Source: the human T2T-CHM13v2.0 reference genome, Homo sapiens. From it: a stretch of DNA of 64,000 nucleotides. Of this stretch, positions 1 through 17,132 are shown piece after piece. The translations under genes and the position numbers were made by a program. How positions within the stretch are numbered: the stretch's first letter is position 1; each line of letters starts with the position of its first letter. The notes beneath the pieces are model-generated. The model worked only from the letters and a program-made list of their open reading frames with translations. It was not told the DNA's origin and searched no databases. Where the stretch lies: NCBI RefSeq assembly GCF_009914755.1, contig NC_060926.1, one strand, 5' to 3'.

Positions 1-123
1 TGATCACGCCTCCAGATCCTTAACTTAATTACATCTGCAGAAACCAAATAAGGTCACATTGTTAGGTACCAGAGATTAGGGTGTGGCTGTGCCATTTGGG
101 GGGGATCACTCCATAACCCATCA
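1..123 (-). mobile_element. MLT1 (ERVL-MaLR) LTR fragment
   Basis: CTTAACTTAATTACATCTGCA...AAATAAGGTCACATT...GGTACC...TTAGG...GGGGGG...AACCCA matches the reverse-strand 5' end of MLT1A-D LTRs; truncated by the window edge. Confidence 0.75.
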
Positions 124-129
124 TGCAGC

Positions 130-270
130 CCTAAGCTGTGTGACCGGCAGCAAGTCCCTGTCCTTCTTGGGGCCTCTGATCCCTCGCATGTGAGCATGAG
201 CCCCCCTCAGAGGGACACATAAGGGATCAAGTGAGTCCCACGTTCAGTGTGGTGCCTGTCATGTTGTCTA
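130..270 (+). mobile_element. MIR SINE fragment
   Basis: AGCTGTGTGACC..GCAAGTC..CTTCTTGGGGCCTC resembles a diverged MIR core. Confidence 0.5.
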
Positions 271-2214
271 GGGGTCTCTGGGTTCTGCAAACCAGGAGGC
301 AGAATTAGGAGCAAGAATTAGGACCAGATGGATGGGAGCTGACACTGTCCCAGTGTGACCAGGGAAACAGATCTCTCCAGGACCTCGACAGCATGCCCTG
401 GGCAGAGGCCGGTTGTCATCACCCCGTAGGGCTCAGGCCTTCCCTGGCTCCCCGGAGGGAGGCAGGATGAGATCAGTTCCAAGGGTCCTTCCAGATCTCG
501 CAGAAAGTGCCCTCGCTTTATTGCACCTCCATTCAAGCTGAAAGAGATGGCCAACCAAATTAGCCCAGGATTGAACAGAAATTGATTTTAATTTAAAGCC
601 CTTTGAGTGCTTTCTCCTCTCAGATGAAAGAAGAGTAGGCTGAGATGTGTCTCCTGCTGCCCCATAACTGTATCTGAGCCAACTTTCAGCCCCACACTGT
701 CTGCTCCAGATGAGGCAGCTTTTCTCATTGTCTCTGGGTGGTGACTGAGCTTTACCTCCAAACTGCAAAGGAATCTCATTCTTTTATTCCAGTCTGGTGC
801 CATCGCACACACTCTGACACATATTCCCCTGCACTAAGAGATGAAGGTTGAACTGAGCCTTCCAGAACAGTGCAACGCAAGGGGCTGAAACAGGGGCCTG
901 GGTCCACCATTCCCTAATCCAGGAGGAGCGACATCCGAGAGTCCCCAGCTCAGACACTTCCCTCCAGGGGAGCGGCCATCCCTGTGTGTGATGGACGGCG
1001 CAATCCCAAATGCACTGGCTGGGAGATTCTGGAGTCGGGAGCTCAGTGGCACCACCTTCGGAAGTTCAAGTTGAACACCTAGGAGACTTAGAGTTGGCAC
1101 CGTGTTGGTGCCATGTGCTTAGTGTATGGCGCTGTGTGCTTAGGAGAGAGCCTGGGTCATGAGGATCCCCATGCCCCAGGGGCCCCTCTTTGGCCCTTAG
1201 CCCCAAATCCCATTAACCAGGCAGGTGAGGCCAGGGACATGTCTGTCCCCTCTGAGGCCCAAGCCCACGTGGTGTTCCTCATGGTGCGGCATGCAGGCAG
1301 ATTGACCAAGATGGCTATTGAGGCTGGAGTCCCAAGCCCCTCACCCACGCAGGCTGGCCAAGAACCTGGAAGGAACCTCAGGCCCCACAAAACGTGAAAC
1401 CATGGCTGCCCATCCTTCTTCCCCTAGTCCTTGAAATCCATCCCCTCCATCCATCCAGCCTGTGAATTTACCCCCAGGCCAAGGAGCACAGCTGCAGAGC
1501 AAGGGTCCCTCCTGCAGGGTCAGGCTCTGGAAGGTGACCAGAAACCCCAGAAACCCCACCCCTGCCTCCCCTCCCTAGCCATGACCGTAACTCCCACTGC
1601 ACTGAGAAAATCAAGGGCCAGAAGCCCCTGCACCACCTCCCCCGCTGCAGTAAAAGAGGGGTTCGCCCTTGCCCCCATCGCCCACCAGCACCCCCTTCAC
1701 CCTGGTCATAGCCTTGCACCATGGGGCACCGCCTGCATCTCACCCCAGCCCTGCCCAGTTCCTCTGCCCTTGGCATTTTAGCTGCTCCAAGTGCCTCCTT
1801 TCTCAGAACCGTCCCCAGACCCTGCATCCCGCTAGGGATCTTCACCCTCTCCCGCTCCTGGTGGTCAAATCTTTAAAAGACCGCCTGTGTTTGCCATGCC
1901 TTCCTTCCGCCCTCTCAGTGACCAGGTCTCCAGGAGGGTCTTTCCTGAGCAGGTGCACGACACGCCTCTGAGGCCCCCCTGCAGCTCATGCTGCCTTTAT
2001 CCTTGTGTCAGAAGCTCTTTTCTCTGCTCCCAGACTGATTTTGGAAGGCTGACTTTTAGAAATGATGATGCTATTTGATACAAGGGTTTCAACAGATCAT
2101 CTTAAGCCTGGAGCCTAGAATAATAAAACTCTAGACTTGAGGGACCTGCAGAAATCATGTGGCCCCAAATGCTGATGACACTGTGCAAAGTGTCATGAGG
2201 GCATGAAGGTGGTT

Positions 2215-2330
2215 TTCATTATGAAAGCTCAAACCGGTGCCCAGAAAGGGGAAGCAACTTACCCAAAGACGCACATTGGCTTAGCTGAGCTGGGACTGGG
2301 CACCACAGTCCTGATCCCTGGCTCCACCCT
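2215..2330 (-). mobile_element. MIR SINE fragment
   Basis: CCCAGAAAGGGGAAGCAACTTACCCAAAGACGCACA...GAGCTGGGACT matches the reverse MIR core. Confidence 0.65.
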
Positions 2331-3180
2331 GTCCTGAGATCGCTCTTGTGTCACCAAATTTCTGCCTCTTTCCGCGACAGCGCTCCACTTTCTCATCCTT
2401 ACAGCTTCCGTAGAAGCAAGACGAGCAGTTTTCGTTGCTGAATTTTGAACATAATAAAAAGAAAAGTGCTTTCAAGGACATTGAGTCTCTTCAGTTGGTG
2501 ACTCCCGCAGCCTGTGATGAAAGCGCCTTGCTTTCTGCCCAGGGAGGTGCCTGTGCATACCTGGAATTGTACACATTCCTTTGGATCATGTGTCTGAGCA
2601 AGTTTCCTCCTGAGATCAAAGCTGGCGAGGTGGACAGGCCCCTTTGAAGCTTTACGGGGGTTTTCAGAGAGGCAGGTCCTGGCAGCCACAGAGTTTTTGC
2701 TCCCAAGGAAGAAAGAGGTTGGAAAGTGGAGCCCCAACACCCCTGTGGAGGGCTGTTACCTGTAGAAATAGTTTTTCTCCATGGGAGCGCTTGCTGGCCA
2801 TGCCTGGCATGGCTGCACTCAGGGGGCACGTGTGATTTCTGCCTGTCTACCATTCATTCCCTTTCTTAGGGAAAGGCTCTCTGTGTTTGCTCTGAAAATG
2901 ACCCTCTCCCCAGTCCAGCAGCCCTGGCCACAGACACATGACCCAGTCGGGCCAATCAGCACCGCCCAGCTCGGGAGACAGGGACTGGATGGGCACATGA
3001 CCCAGGCGGGCCACTCTGATTCCTGAGAGTCTTGGAAGGTTATTGAAAATAGAGAGTTGCTCTATGCCTGGAGCTTCTTATGGCCATCATGTCTACCTGG
3101 AGAGACAGCGTGCCCAAGAATGAAGCTACCCAAGGGGAAGCAGAGCAGAGACAGACAGGCAGATGGAGACAGCCTCTTTG

Positions 3181-3300
3181 GAGACCCTCCATGAGCTGCT
3201 CCACCCTCGGAGCAACAGTGAGCAGTGGGATCCTCCATGTGCTGCTCCACCATCAGGGGCGACAGTGAGCAGCAGGATCTTCCACGTCCTGCTCCACCAT
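3181..3300 (+). repeat. Minisatellite, 46-47-bp unit, ~2.6 copies (left arm of an inverted repeat)
   Basis: CCA(T/C)GnnCTGCTCCACC recurs at 3189, 3235 and 3282. Confidence 0.9.
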
Positions 3301-3399
3301 TGCTGGTCACCGTTGCTCCAAGTCTAGCCCCTGTGGCAAATCCATGGCTCGGTGGTCAGGATTCATGCCTGTGCAAGTGACTAACATCTGTTTCAAAAC

Positions 3400-3497
3400 T
3401 TACAATGTGACAGTTGACTAGTTTATGGAATCAGAAAATGTAAGGGGTAGATGGGTTTCAGGCACAGCTGGATCCAGGAGGTGAGTCTGTCATCAGA
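3400..3497 (-). mobile_element. Old MLT1 (J/K-like) LTR fragment
   Basis: TTCAGGCACAGCTGGATCCAGGAG...TGTCATCAG resembles reverse-strand MLT1K. Confidence 0.45.
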
Positions 3498-3498
3498 T

Positions 3499-3588
3499 TG
3501 CTGTCTCACTGGCTCCCGATGGTGGAGCAGCACATGGGAGGTCCCACTGCTCACTGGTCCCCGATGGGGAGCAGCTCATGGAAGGTCT
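3499..3588 (-). repeat. Inverted copy (~2 units) of the 3181-3300 minisatellite
   Basis: Reverse complement reads AGACCTTCCATGAGCTGCTCCCCATCGGGGACCAGTGAGCAGTGGGACCTCCCATGTGCTGCTCCACCATCGGG..., aligning to ~3182-3275. Confidence 0.9.
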
Positions 3589-4086
3589 TGCTGCTCTGGG
3601 TGGCCAGGAGCCCCCTGTGCCAGGAGCCTGGTGCTCAGGAGAGCTGCACCAGGCCCCACAATGTCCATGGGTGATGTCCTGGTGCTGCAGGCAGCAGGTC
3701 AGGGCTTAGTGACCATACAAGTTCGGGGTGCCCAGAGGAAGGAAAACCCAGCTGCCAAAATGGGATTCCCCCACGAGAGCCTCCAGCCCAACTGCCGCCC
3801 CTCAGTGACCTCATGAATCGATGCAGCTGCAGGTCAGGGTGCGGATTTCCTGAGTGCTGCATGTGCGCAAAGACCACTCGGCCCGCATTGGACGGAGCGG
3901 TGTGGCCCCCTAAGATGCTGACCAGCCCCGGCCAATCATCTCCAGCCACAGCCACCCAGGGCAAGTATTTGTAGGCCCAGCTACTTCCTGTCACTCACGT
4001 GTGAGCACACACAGGATAGAGGGTGACGCGGGTGGTGCCGTCCACCCAGCTTCCCCGCAGGCTTCGTTCCCAGCTCACCCACCTCC

Positions 4087-4142
4087 ACACGCGTGCACAC
4101 ACACGCACACACATAAACACACGCGTGTGCGCACACACACAA
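4087..4142. repeat. Imperfect (CA)n/(CG)n microsatellite
   Basis: Alternating purine-pyrimidine tract seen directly. Confidence 0.85.
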
Positions 4143-7100
4143 CCACAAATATCGTGAGACCACGCAGCCCTGGGTTTGAGAACCAAAAAGCCAAGAAATG
4201 GTGCGTGGGCTCAGCAGAAATGACTGTCCTGGGGGCTGGAACGGACGATGTGGCGACATCATCAGCCGACCGTAAACACCAGGCTCACACTGGCCTATTT
4301 TAAAAACAAACGCAAGACAAACTCATCCCTTCCTTCCCGCTTTCCACCTCCCCTGTGAAATCTATTTTAAAAGATCAGAATTTTCTTTACATCCACCTCC
4401 GAAATGTGCTGCGGGAGATAAGTGGGGCATAAACACATGGGGGTGCCGGGGGCGGCGGAGAGCCAGGAGCGGGAAGGAGCCGAGGGATTCGCAGCCCGAA
4501 GTGGAGGCTGATTCCCCAAACCCTCAGCTTCACAGCAGCCTTGGCCCCTGCCAGGTGAACGTGAAGGAGCAGCCTTCCGGATTCCAGAGCTCCAGGCTCT
4601 CAGGGACCCTGAGGCCCTGACCGTCTCCTCACAGGCCTCCTCCAGGGGCTTGAGTCAGGAACCTGGAGCAGGGCTTGGGAGGTGGCCGGTCCCTGTGCCA
4701 ACGGGTGGAGACCAGCGTGTGTGACACCACCATGCACTAGGCCCCAGCTGGCCTCCCCGACACTCTACAGAGCTCACCTGTTGGGTGACAGAGCACTGTG
4801 TCTGCTTTCCATATGGACAGGGAGCGCCCGATCCTACCAGGGACCCTCACTGTTGGGAACCCAAACCCCAGCTCAGCTGCAGTCCCACTCACCCCCACTG
4901 GGCAGCCCTCATGCCCTGGGTCAGGAAGATGCCCGCTCTGCCCAACTCACAGCGCCCTGTACCACAAAGGAGGCACCAGGGTCCACACCGGCCTGGGGAG
5001 AGACAGCCCACAGCAGCTCCAGCTCAGAGACGGAGACGGCAGAGTGGTACCCTGCAGAGCAAGCCGCTCTATCTCCTTGTCCCTCCACTTGAGAGGTTCA
5101 TCGGGGTCCCCTATCTGGTCCAGAGAGGGTGGCCCCTGTGCAGTGCAGTGCCCCATCTCATCCAGTGGAAGCTGGAACGGAACTTGGGGGCTGGACAGTG
5201 TGGCCGGTACCCTCCCTCACCCTGGCTAGCTAGACTGGGGGTCTGCCTAGGCCATGGAAACAGCTCCAGCCAAGTTCCACTTGGAGCTCGCAGGTCAAAG
5301 GGCTGACACCCTCACCCAAGGGCGCCCTAAGAGCCCCTGGGAGCCCCTGCTGCTCTTCCCCGAGGGAGCCCACCCATCCTCACAGACCTGCTCCCCTAGG
5401 CTGATCGCCGGCTGACTGTGTGTCCCTGAGAGCTCTGGGAGGCGGCTGAGTGTGTGTGGGTTCACTCTCCTGCCCGAGCCCTGCAGCACAGACCACCCTG
5501 CCCTGGGTCTGGTTCAGGGTCCTAGGGCTCTTCAGCCCAGCACTCCCAGGGAGCCCCACCTTTGAGGCCCCATGGAGCTGGATGTGGAGTACAGGGGTCC
5601 CCACCGCCCTCACAGCCTGAGGCCCTGAGGGAGAATGGAAGGGGCAGGCCTAGTGAGCCCTTCCCCAGCCAGGCTTTTGTTTCCCCCACGAGCAAGAGGA
5701 GGCGGGGAGCGGGCAAACTCCACTCATGCTCTTGACCGCTCGGCCAGGCATCGTTCTTCTCAAGGCCAAGGGCAGACAGCAGCCTGGCCCAGGCCCATGC
5801 CAGGGCCCTTCTGGGAAAGGGAGACACAGTCTATTTTTGCTCTCTGACAACACAACAGAAACAGCCGCTGTGACTTATCTCCACTGCTGAAGGACTGAGG
5901 CAGCCACACAGCTGGCTCTGCGCCCTGGGGCTGCGCAGCCCCCTACCTCAGCCCCAGCTTGAGATAAGAGTGGCGTCAGGGAGGGGCTTCAACCAGGCCA
6001 AGAATACCCCCCACCTCTCACCTCTCTGTGGTCTGCACGCCTGAGTCTGCCCCTCCCACAATTCCTCCAGGACCCCTCTAGGACTTCCTGGCCTGAGCTG
6101 GACATCCCTTGGGAAGTTTTTCGCAGCCCAGCTAGGATCTCACTTCTTTGTGCAACGTCACCTACTCCGAGGCCCAGAGCCCTCGGAGGCACCCTCCCAT
6201 GTCAGAGGCCAGGAGCCTGGATTTCCGGAAACCCCAGGCTGTTGCCCCTCCTGCTGGAGGAGCTGCACGTCTTTCCTCTGAGGCCTGAGTGGAAGTGAAT
6301 TTGCCAGATAATTTTAGCACAGAAATGAGCACTCAGAGGAGGGGCAGAGCTTAGAAAGGTCAACAAGGACGAAGAGAATGCCCATGAGGGGTGCTGTGGT
6401 CTGCAGGGCCAGCCCTGGCCTCCTGTGACCAGCAGTGACCCAGGCAGCCATCCCCACACTGCTCACCGCACACTAGGCTTGTTGGAAACCTCGGAGCCCC
6501 AGCAGAAGGCGGGTGGCCTGCCACACTGCTACGACATTGTCCCCTTTCTCACATGGCAGCCTGGAGTAGGTGCACCTTGCCAGGCTGGGCGTAGCTGGGA
6601 AGGCCACATGGCCACCTGGGATGACCCTGGGTGACGTCCCAGAGAGGTGATCTGCAGGCCTCAGCTGTCAATTCCCTGCCTGGAGGGTCATCAGGCTGGT
6701 TCCTGATTCCAAGGACTGAGCCCACATGATACAGCTGAGCTCTCCCCACCAAGGCCCATGCTGGGGGTCACAGAGCCCTCTGGAGGAGTAACTGTGACCA
6801 TGTCTGGGCACTGTGGAGCCAGCTGCCTGGAGATGAATTCCTGCAAAGAGTTTGCCTGCAAGGGCTCCCTCTGCTCATCACAGTGAAGCCTGACCTGGGA
6901 TTGTCTCTGGGCACCTCCTCCTTTTGTCTTCTTTTGATCAAAGTGTGGCCAGTGGTGGCCTGCAGCTTCCGCCTAATAAATCAGGGTGCTGGGCACAATA
7001 GGCTCTTCACGTCAGGTGTCGTTCAAGACCCCATTAAACAGGAAGATGGCCCAGGGTCTGTGTGGTATTTTTCACCGCTGTGAACGTGAATGTGGAGAGG

Positions 7101-7635
7101 CAGAGTGAAGGGTCCTTTTGAACTTTGTGGAAGAGGCAGCTCCCTCTCTGTTCTCCAAAGCTTCCTTGGGGTGAGTTACATAAACGGCAGCAAATCCAGA
7201 CCCTGGATTGGGCACTGAGCACCTGCTAACATGATTCCGTGGAGTATGTCTATGGTGCTGTGACCCGCATGAAAATCCCAGTAGGCCTTGTGTGACTGGA
7301 TCAAGTTACAAGACTGTGGACATACAGGTGACCTCGTTATTACCACTTGTTTGGAAGGAAATTTTACATAGGACAGAATGCACACATGCTCAAAGGCACA
7401 ATCTGATGAGTCTTGGTAACTTTATATCCCCAGGGCCAGCAGCACAATCAAGACAGAGCATTTCCAGGGCTCCATAAAGTTCTCTCCTGCCCAATTCCAG
7501 TCAAATTCCAGTCAATCTCCACCCCTACACCCAAAACTTTTCCTAATTTCTGTCAGCATCTATGAGTTTTGCCTTTTCTTGGACTTCATATAAATAGAGT
7601 TACATAGAGAGGATTGTTTTCTGTTTGGCTGCTTT

Positions 7636-10503
7636 TGAGGTAGGAGGTGGGACTTGACTCTGGAAGTGGCACTTGAGCTGTGTACCAGATTGAAGACTGG
7701 ATGAAACAGGGAAGAGGCAAAAGCACCTTTCTATAAGACAGGCCCACCAGTGCCATGTCACTTTACCATTGTCATGGCAACAACCAGAAGTCATCACCTC
7801 TTTCCATGGTGATGACCTGACAACCTGGAAGTCACCAGCCTTTTTCTAGAAATTTCCGCATAATCCACCGTTAATTTGCATGTAAATAAAAGTGAGTATA
7901 AATATGATGGCAGAACTGCCCCTGAGCTACTACTCTGGGCACACTGCCTGTTGGGCTAGCCCTGCTTTGAAAGGAGCAGCACATCTGCTACTGCCTTGCA
8001 CCGCCGCTTCAGTAACATTTGCTGTCTAACACCACTGGCTTACCCTTGAATTCTTTCCTGGGCAAAGCCAAGAACACTCTCAGGCTAAGCCCCAATTTTG
8101 TAGCTCACCTGCTGATATGGTTTGGCTTTGTGTCCCCACTCAAGTCTCAGTTCTAATTGTAATCCCCATGTCTTCAGGGAGGGACCTGATGGGAAGTAAC
8201 TGGATCGTGGGGGGCAGACTTCCCCTTGCTGTTCTCATGATAGTGAGTGAGTACTTGTGAGACCTGATGGTTTAGAAGTGTGTGGTGCTTCCCCCTTCAT
8301 TCTCTCTCTCTTCTGCCATGATTTAAGACATCCCTTGCTTCCTCTTCACCTTCTGCCATGATTGTAAGTTTCCTGAGGCCTCCCCAGCCATGCAGAACTG
8401 TGAGTCAATTAAAACTCTTTCCTTCATAAATACCCAGGCTCAGGTAATTCTTTATAGCCAGGTGAGAATGAATTAATACAGAAAATTTATACCAGGAAGG
8501 TGGGGCACTGCTATAAAGATACCTGAAAATGTGGCAGTAATGTTGGAACTGGGTAATGGGCAGAGGTTGAAACAGTTTGGGGGGCTCAGAAGAAGATACG
8601 AAGATTAGGGCAAGTTCAAAACTTCCTACAGACTTGTTGAATGTTTTTAACCCAAATACTGATAGTGATACAGACAATGAAGTCCAGGCAGAGGTGGTCT
8701 CAGATGGAGATGAGGAACTTATTGGGAACTGGAGTAAAGGTCACTCTTGCTATGCTTTAGCAAAGAGACTGGTGGCATCTTGCCCCTGCCCTAGAGATCT
8801 TTGGAACTATAAACTTGAAAGAGAGGATTTAGGGTAACTGGAGGAAGAAATTTCTAAGCAGCAAAGCATTCAAAAGGTAACCTGGCTGTTTCTAGAAGTG
8901 TATGCTCATATGTGTGAAGAAAGAGATGATCTGAAGTTGGAACTTATATTTAAAAGGGAAGCAGAGCATACAAGTTTAGAAAATTTGCAGCCTGACCGTG
9001 TGGTTGAAAAGAAAAATTCATTTACTGGGGAGAAATTCAAGCTGTTGCAGAATTTCCATAAGCAACAAGCAGCCAAATGTTAATAGCCAAGACAATGGGG
9101 AAAATGTCTCCAGGGCATTTCAGAAATTTTTGTGGCTGCCCCTCCCATCACAGGCCTGGAGGTCTAGGAGGGAAAAATGGTTCTGTGGGCTAGGTCAAGG
9201 ACCCCACTGTTCTGTGCAACCTTGGGACATGGTTCCTCGAGCCCCAGCCACTCCAGCTCCAGCCATGGCTAAAAGGGGCCAAGGTACAGCTCAAGCCACT
9301 GCTTCAGAGGGTGCAAGCCCCAGGCCTTGGTGGCTTCCATGTTGTTTTGGGCATGCAGGTGCACAGAAAACAAGAATTGAGCTTTGGGAACCTCCACCTA
9401 GATTTCAGAGGATATATGGAAATGCCTGGATGTCCAGGCAGAATTCTGCTGCAGGGGCAGGGCCCTCATGGAGAACCTCTACTAGGGCAGTGCAGAGGGG
9501 AAATGTGGGATTGGAACCCATACAGAGTCTCAACTGGAGCCCTACCTAATGGAGCTGTGAGAAGAGGGCCATTGTCCTCCAGACCCCAGAATGCTAGATC
9601 CACTGACACCTTGCATCATGTGCTTGCAAAAGCTGCAGGCATGCAACGTCTGCCTGTGAAAGTAGCCATGAAGCCTGTACCCTTCAGAGCCACAGGGGTA
9701 GAGCTCCCCAAGGCCTTGGGAACCCATTTCTTGCATCAGTGTGGCCTGGATGTGAGACATAGAGTCAAAGGAGATCATTTTGGAACTTTAAGATTTAATG
9801 ACTGCCCTGCTGGACTTCAGATTTGCAGGGGGCCTGTAGCCCATTTGTTTTGGCCCATTTATCCCTTTTGGAATAGGAGCATTTACCCAATGTCTGTAAT
9901 CCCATTGTATATTGGAAGTAATTAACTTGTTTTTGATTTTACAGGCTACTAGGCAGAAGGGACTTGCCTTGTCTCAGATGATACTTTGGACTTGGATTTT
10001 GAGTTAGTGCTGGAATAAATTAAGACTTTAGGGGACTGTTGGGAAGCATGACTGATTTTGAAATGTGAGATGGACATGATATTTGGGAGTGGCCACAGGC
10101 AGAATGATATGATTTGGTTCTGGGTCCCTACCCAAATCTCATGTCGAATTGTAATCCCCATGTGTTGGGGTAGGAGGCTGGTAGGAGGTGACTGAATCAT
10201 GGGGGTGGACTTCTCCCTTACTATTCTCATGATAGTGAGTGACTTGTCACGAGATCTGATGGTTTAAAAGTGTGTGGCACTTCCCTCTTTGCTCTCTCTC
10301 TCTCCTGCTCTGCCATGTAAGATGCGTTTGCTTCCCTGTTGCCTTCCACCATGACAGTAAGTTTCCTGAGGCCTCCCAGTCTTGCTTCCTGTACAGCCCA
10401 TGGAACTGTGAGTCAATTAAACCTCTTTTCTTCATAAGTTACCCAGTCTCAGGTAGTTCTTTATAGCAGTGTGAGAATGGACTAACACACCTGCCCAGTA
10501 TCA
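7636..10503 (+). mobile_element. MER50-like ERV1 solo LTR (7636-8112 plus 10490-10503), interrupted by a MaLR provirus
   Basis: Starts TGAGGTAGGAGGTGGGACTTGACTC, ends ...CTGCCCAGTATCA; 4-bp TSD CTTT at 7632-7635 and 10504-10507. Confidence 0.8.
8113..10489 (+). mobile_element. Full MaLR provirus (THE1D/MSTA type): 5' LTR 8113-8480, internal 8481-10104, 3' LTR 10105-10489
   Basis: Both LTRs start TGATATG.TTTGG and end TAA(T/C)ACA; typical MST/THE1 internal sequence (remnant ORFs 8577-8837, 8998-9549, 9311-9925); perfect 5-bp TSD CCTGC at 8108-8112 and 10490-10494. Confidence 0.95.
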
Positions 10504-11410
10504 CTTTCACTTAACATAGTATTTTTGAGATTCCTCCATGTTGTCACATGTTCCCTTTCATTACCAAGCAGTATTTCATGGTGTGACTATACCATCACTT
10601 TGTTTATCCAATTTTCTGTTGTAGGTCATGTGACTTGTTTTCCAGTTTTTATCTATTATCAGTGAAGCTGCTATAAACATTTAAGTATTTTGGGGGATAT
10701 GTATTTTCATTTCTCTAGGGTAAGTATCTAGAAGAATTACTGGGTCACAGGAAAGATGTATATTTAACTTAATAAGAAATGACCAAGCAGTGTTCCAAAG
10801 TGGCTGTACAATTTTAAAACCCCACCAAGCATGTTCAAGAATTCTCATTGTTTATATTCTCACCAGTATTAAGTGTTGTCAGTCTTTTTAAAAATTTTTT
10901 AACCATCTAGTGGGTGTGAAAAGCTATATCATTGTGCATTTCATTGTATGCCCTTCTGACTTATGATTTCTAATGATTTCTAATGGTGTTCACTTTTGTT
11001 ATTGATTAGTATGGATTTTTATATATTTAGCATAAAAATCCTATGTTAGGTATATGTACTGTGAATCTTTTCTACCTATCTTTGGATTACATTTTATTTT
11101 CTTATCAGTGTCTTTGTGTGAGCAGGAGTTTATAATTGTAATAAAGTCAAGTTTATCCATGTTCCCTTGTATGTTTTTGTGTCTTCTCTGAGGAAATAGT
11201 TTCCTTTATTTTCTTTTGCAAGCTTTATAGTTTAAGATTTTATGCTTTGATCTATGATTGATCTCCAATTTGTATGTGTGTGTGAGAGAGAAGTTGAAAT
11301 TTGTGTTCTCTCCATCTGTCTAACTACTTGTTTCAGCATCATTTGTTGAGAAGATTTTCCTTTTCTAATTGAATTACCTAAGCACCTGGTTAAAACAAAA
11401 ATCATCTAAC

Positions 11411-11510
11411 CTTGTGATTTCACAACACATAAATGCACTAAGTGCCACTAGTTAGACACTTCAAAATGGCTAATTGTATGTTATGTAAATTTCACCTCAA
11501 TTTTTTTAAA
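11411..11510 (+). mobile_element. Short L1MB/L1MC 3'-end fragment, opposite to the host L1
   Basis: CACAACACATAAATGCACTAAGTGCCACT...CACTTCAAAATGGCTAATTGTATGTTATGTAAATTTCACCTCAAT is a typical L1MB/MC terminus. Confidence 0.65.
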
Positions 11511-11734
11511 AGTCCACATCTGGACTTTCTATTGCAGTCCACTGATCTAAATGTCTACCTTACACCAACCTCACACCTTCCTGGTTATTGTACCTACACA
11601 GTGTGTCCTGAAAAGAGGTAGTATGACTCCAAATTTGTTATTCTTCAAGATTGTCTGGGTATTTAGGACTCTTTGCATTTTCACATACATTTTAGAATTA
11701 AAAGTCAATTCTATAAAATGACTGCTGGGATATT

Positions 11735-17132
<5,398 letters not shown>

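Noticed and set aside
2405-2647. Possible exon (pyrimidine tract plus AG at 2404; ORF 2435-2647)
   Set aside because: No recognisable protein and no convincing matching donor; unsupported without transcript data.
8577-9925. ORFs of 86-204 aa as host genes
   Set aside because: They lie in the MaLR internal region and are frameshifted remnants.
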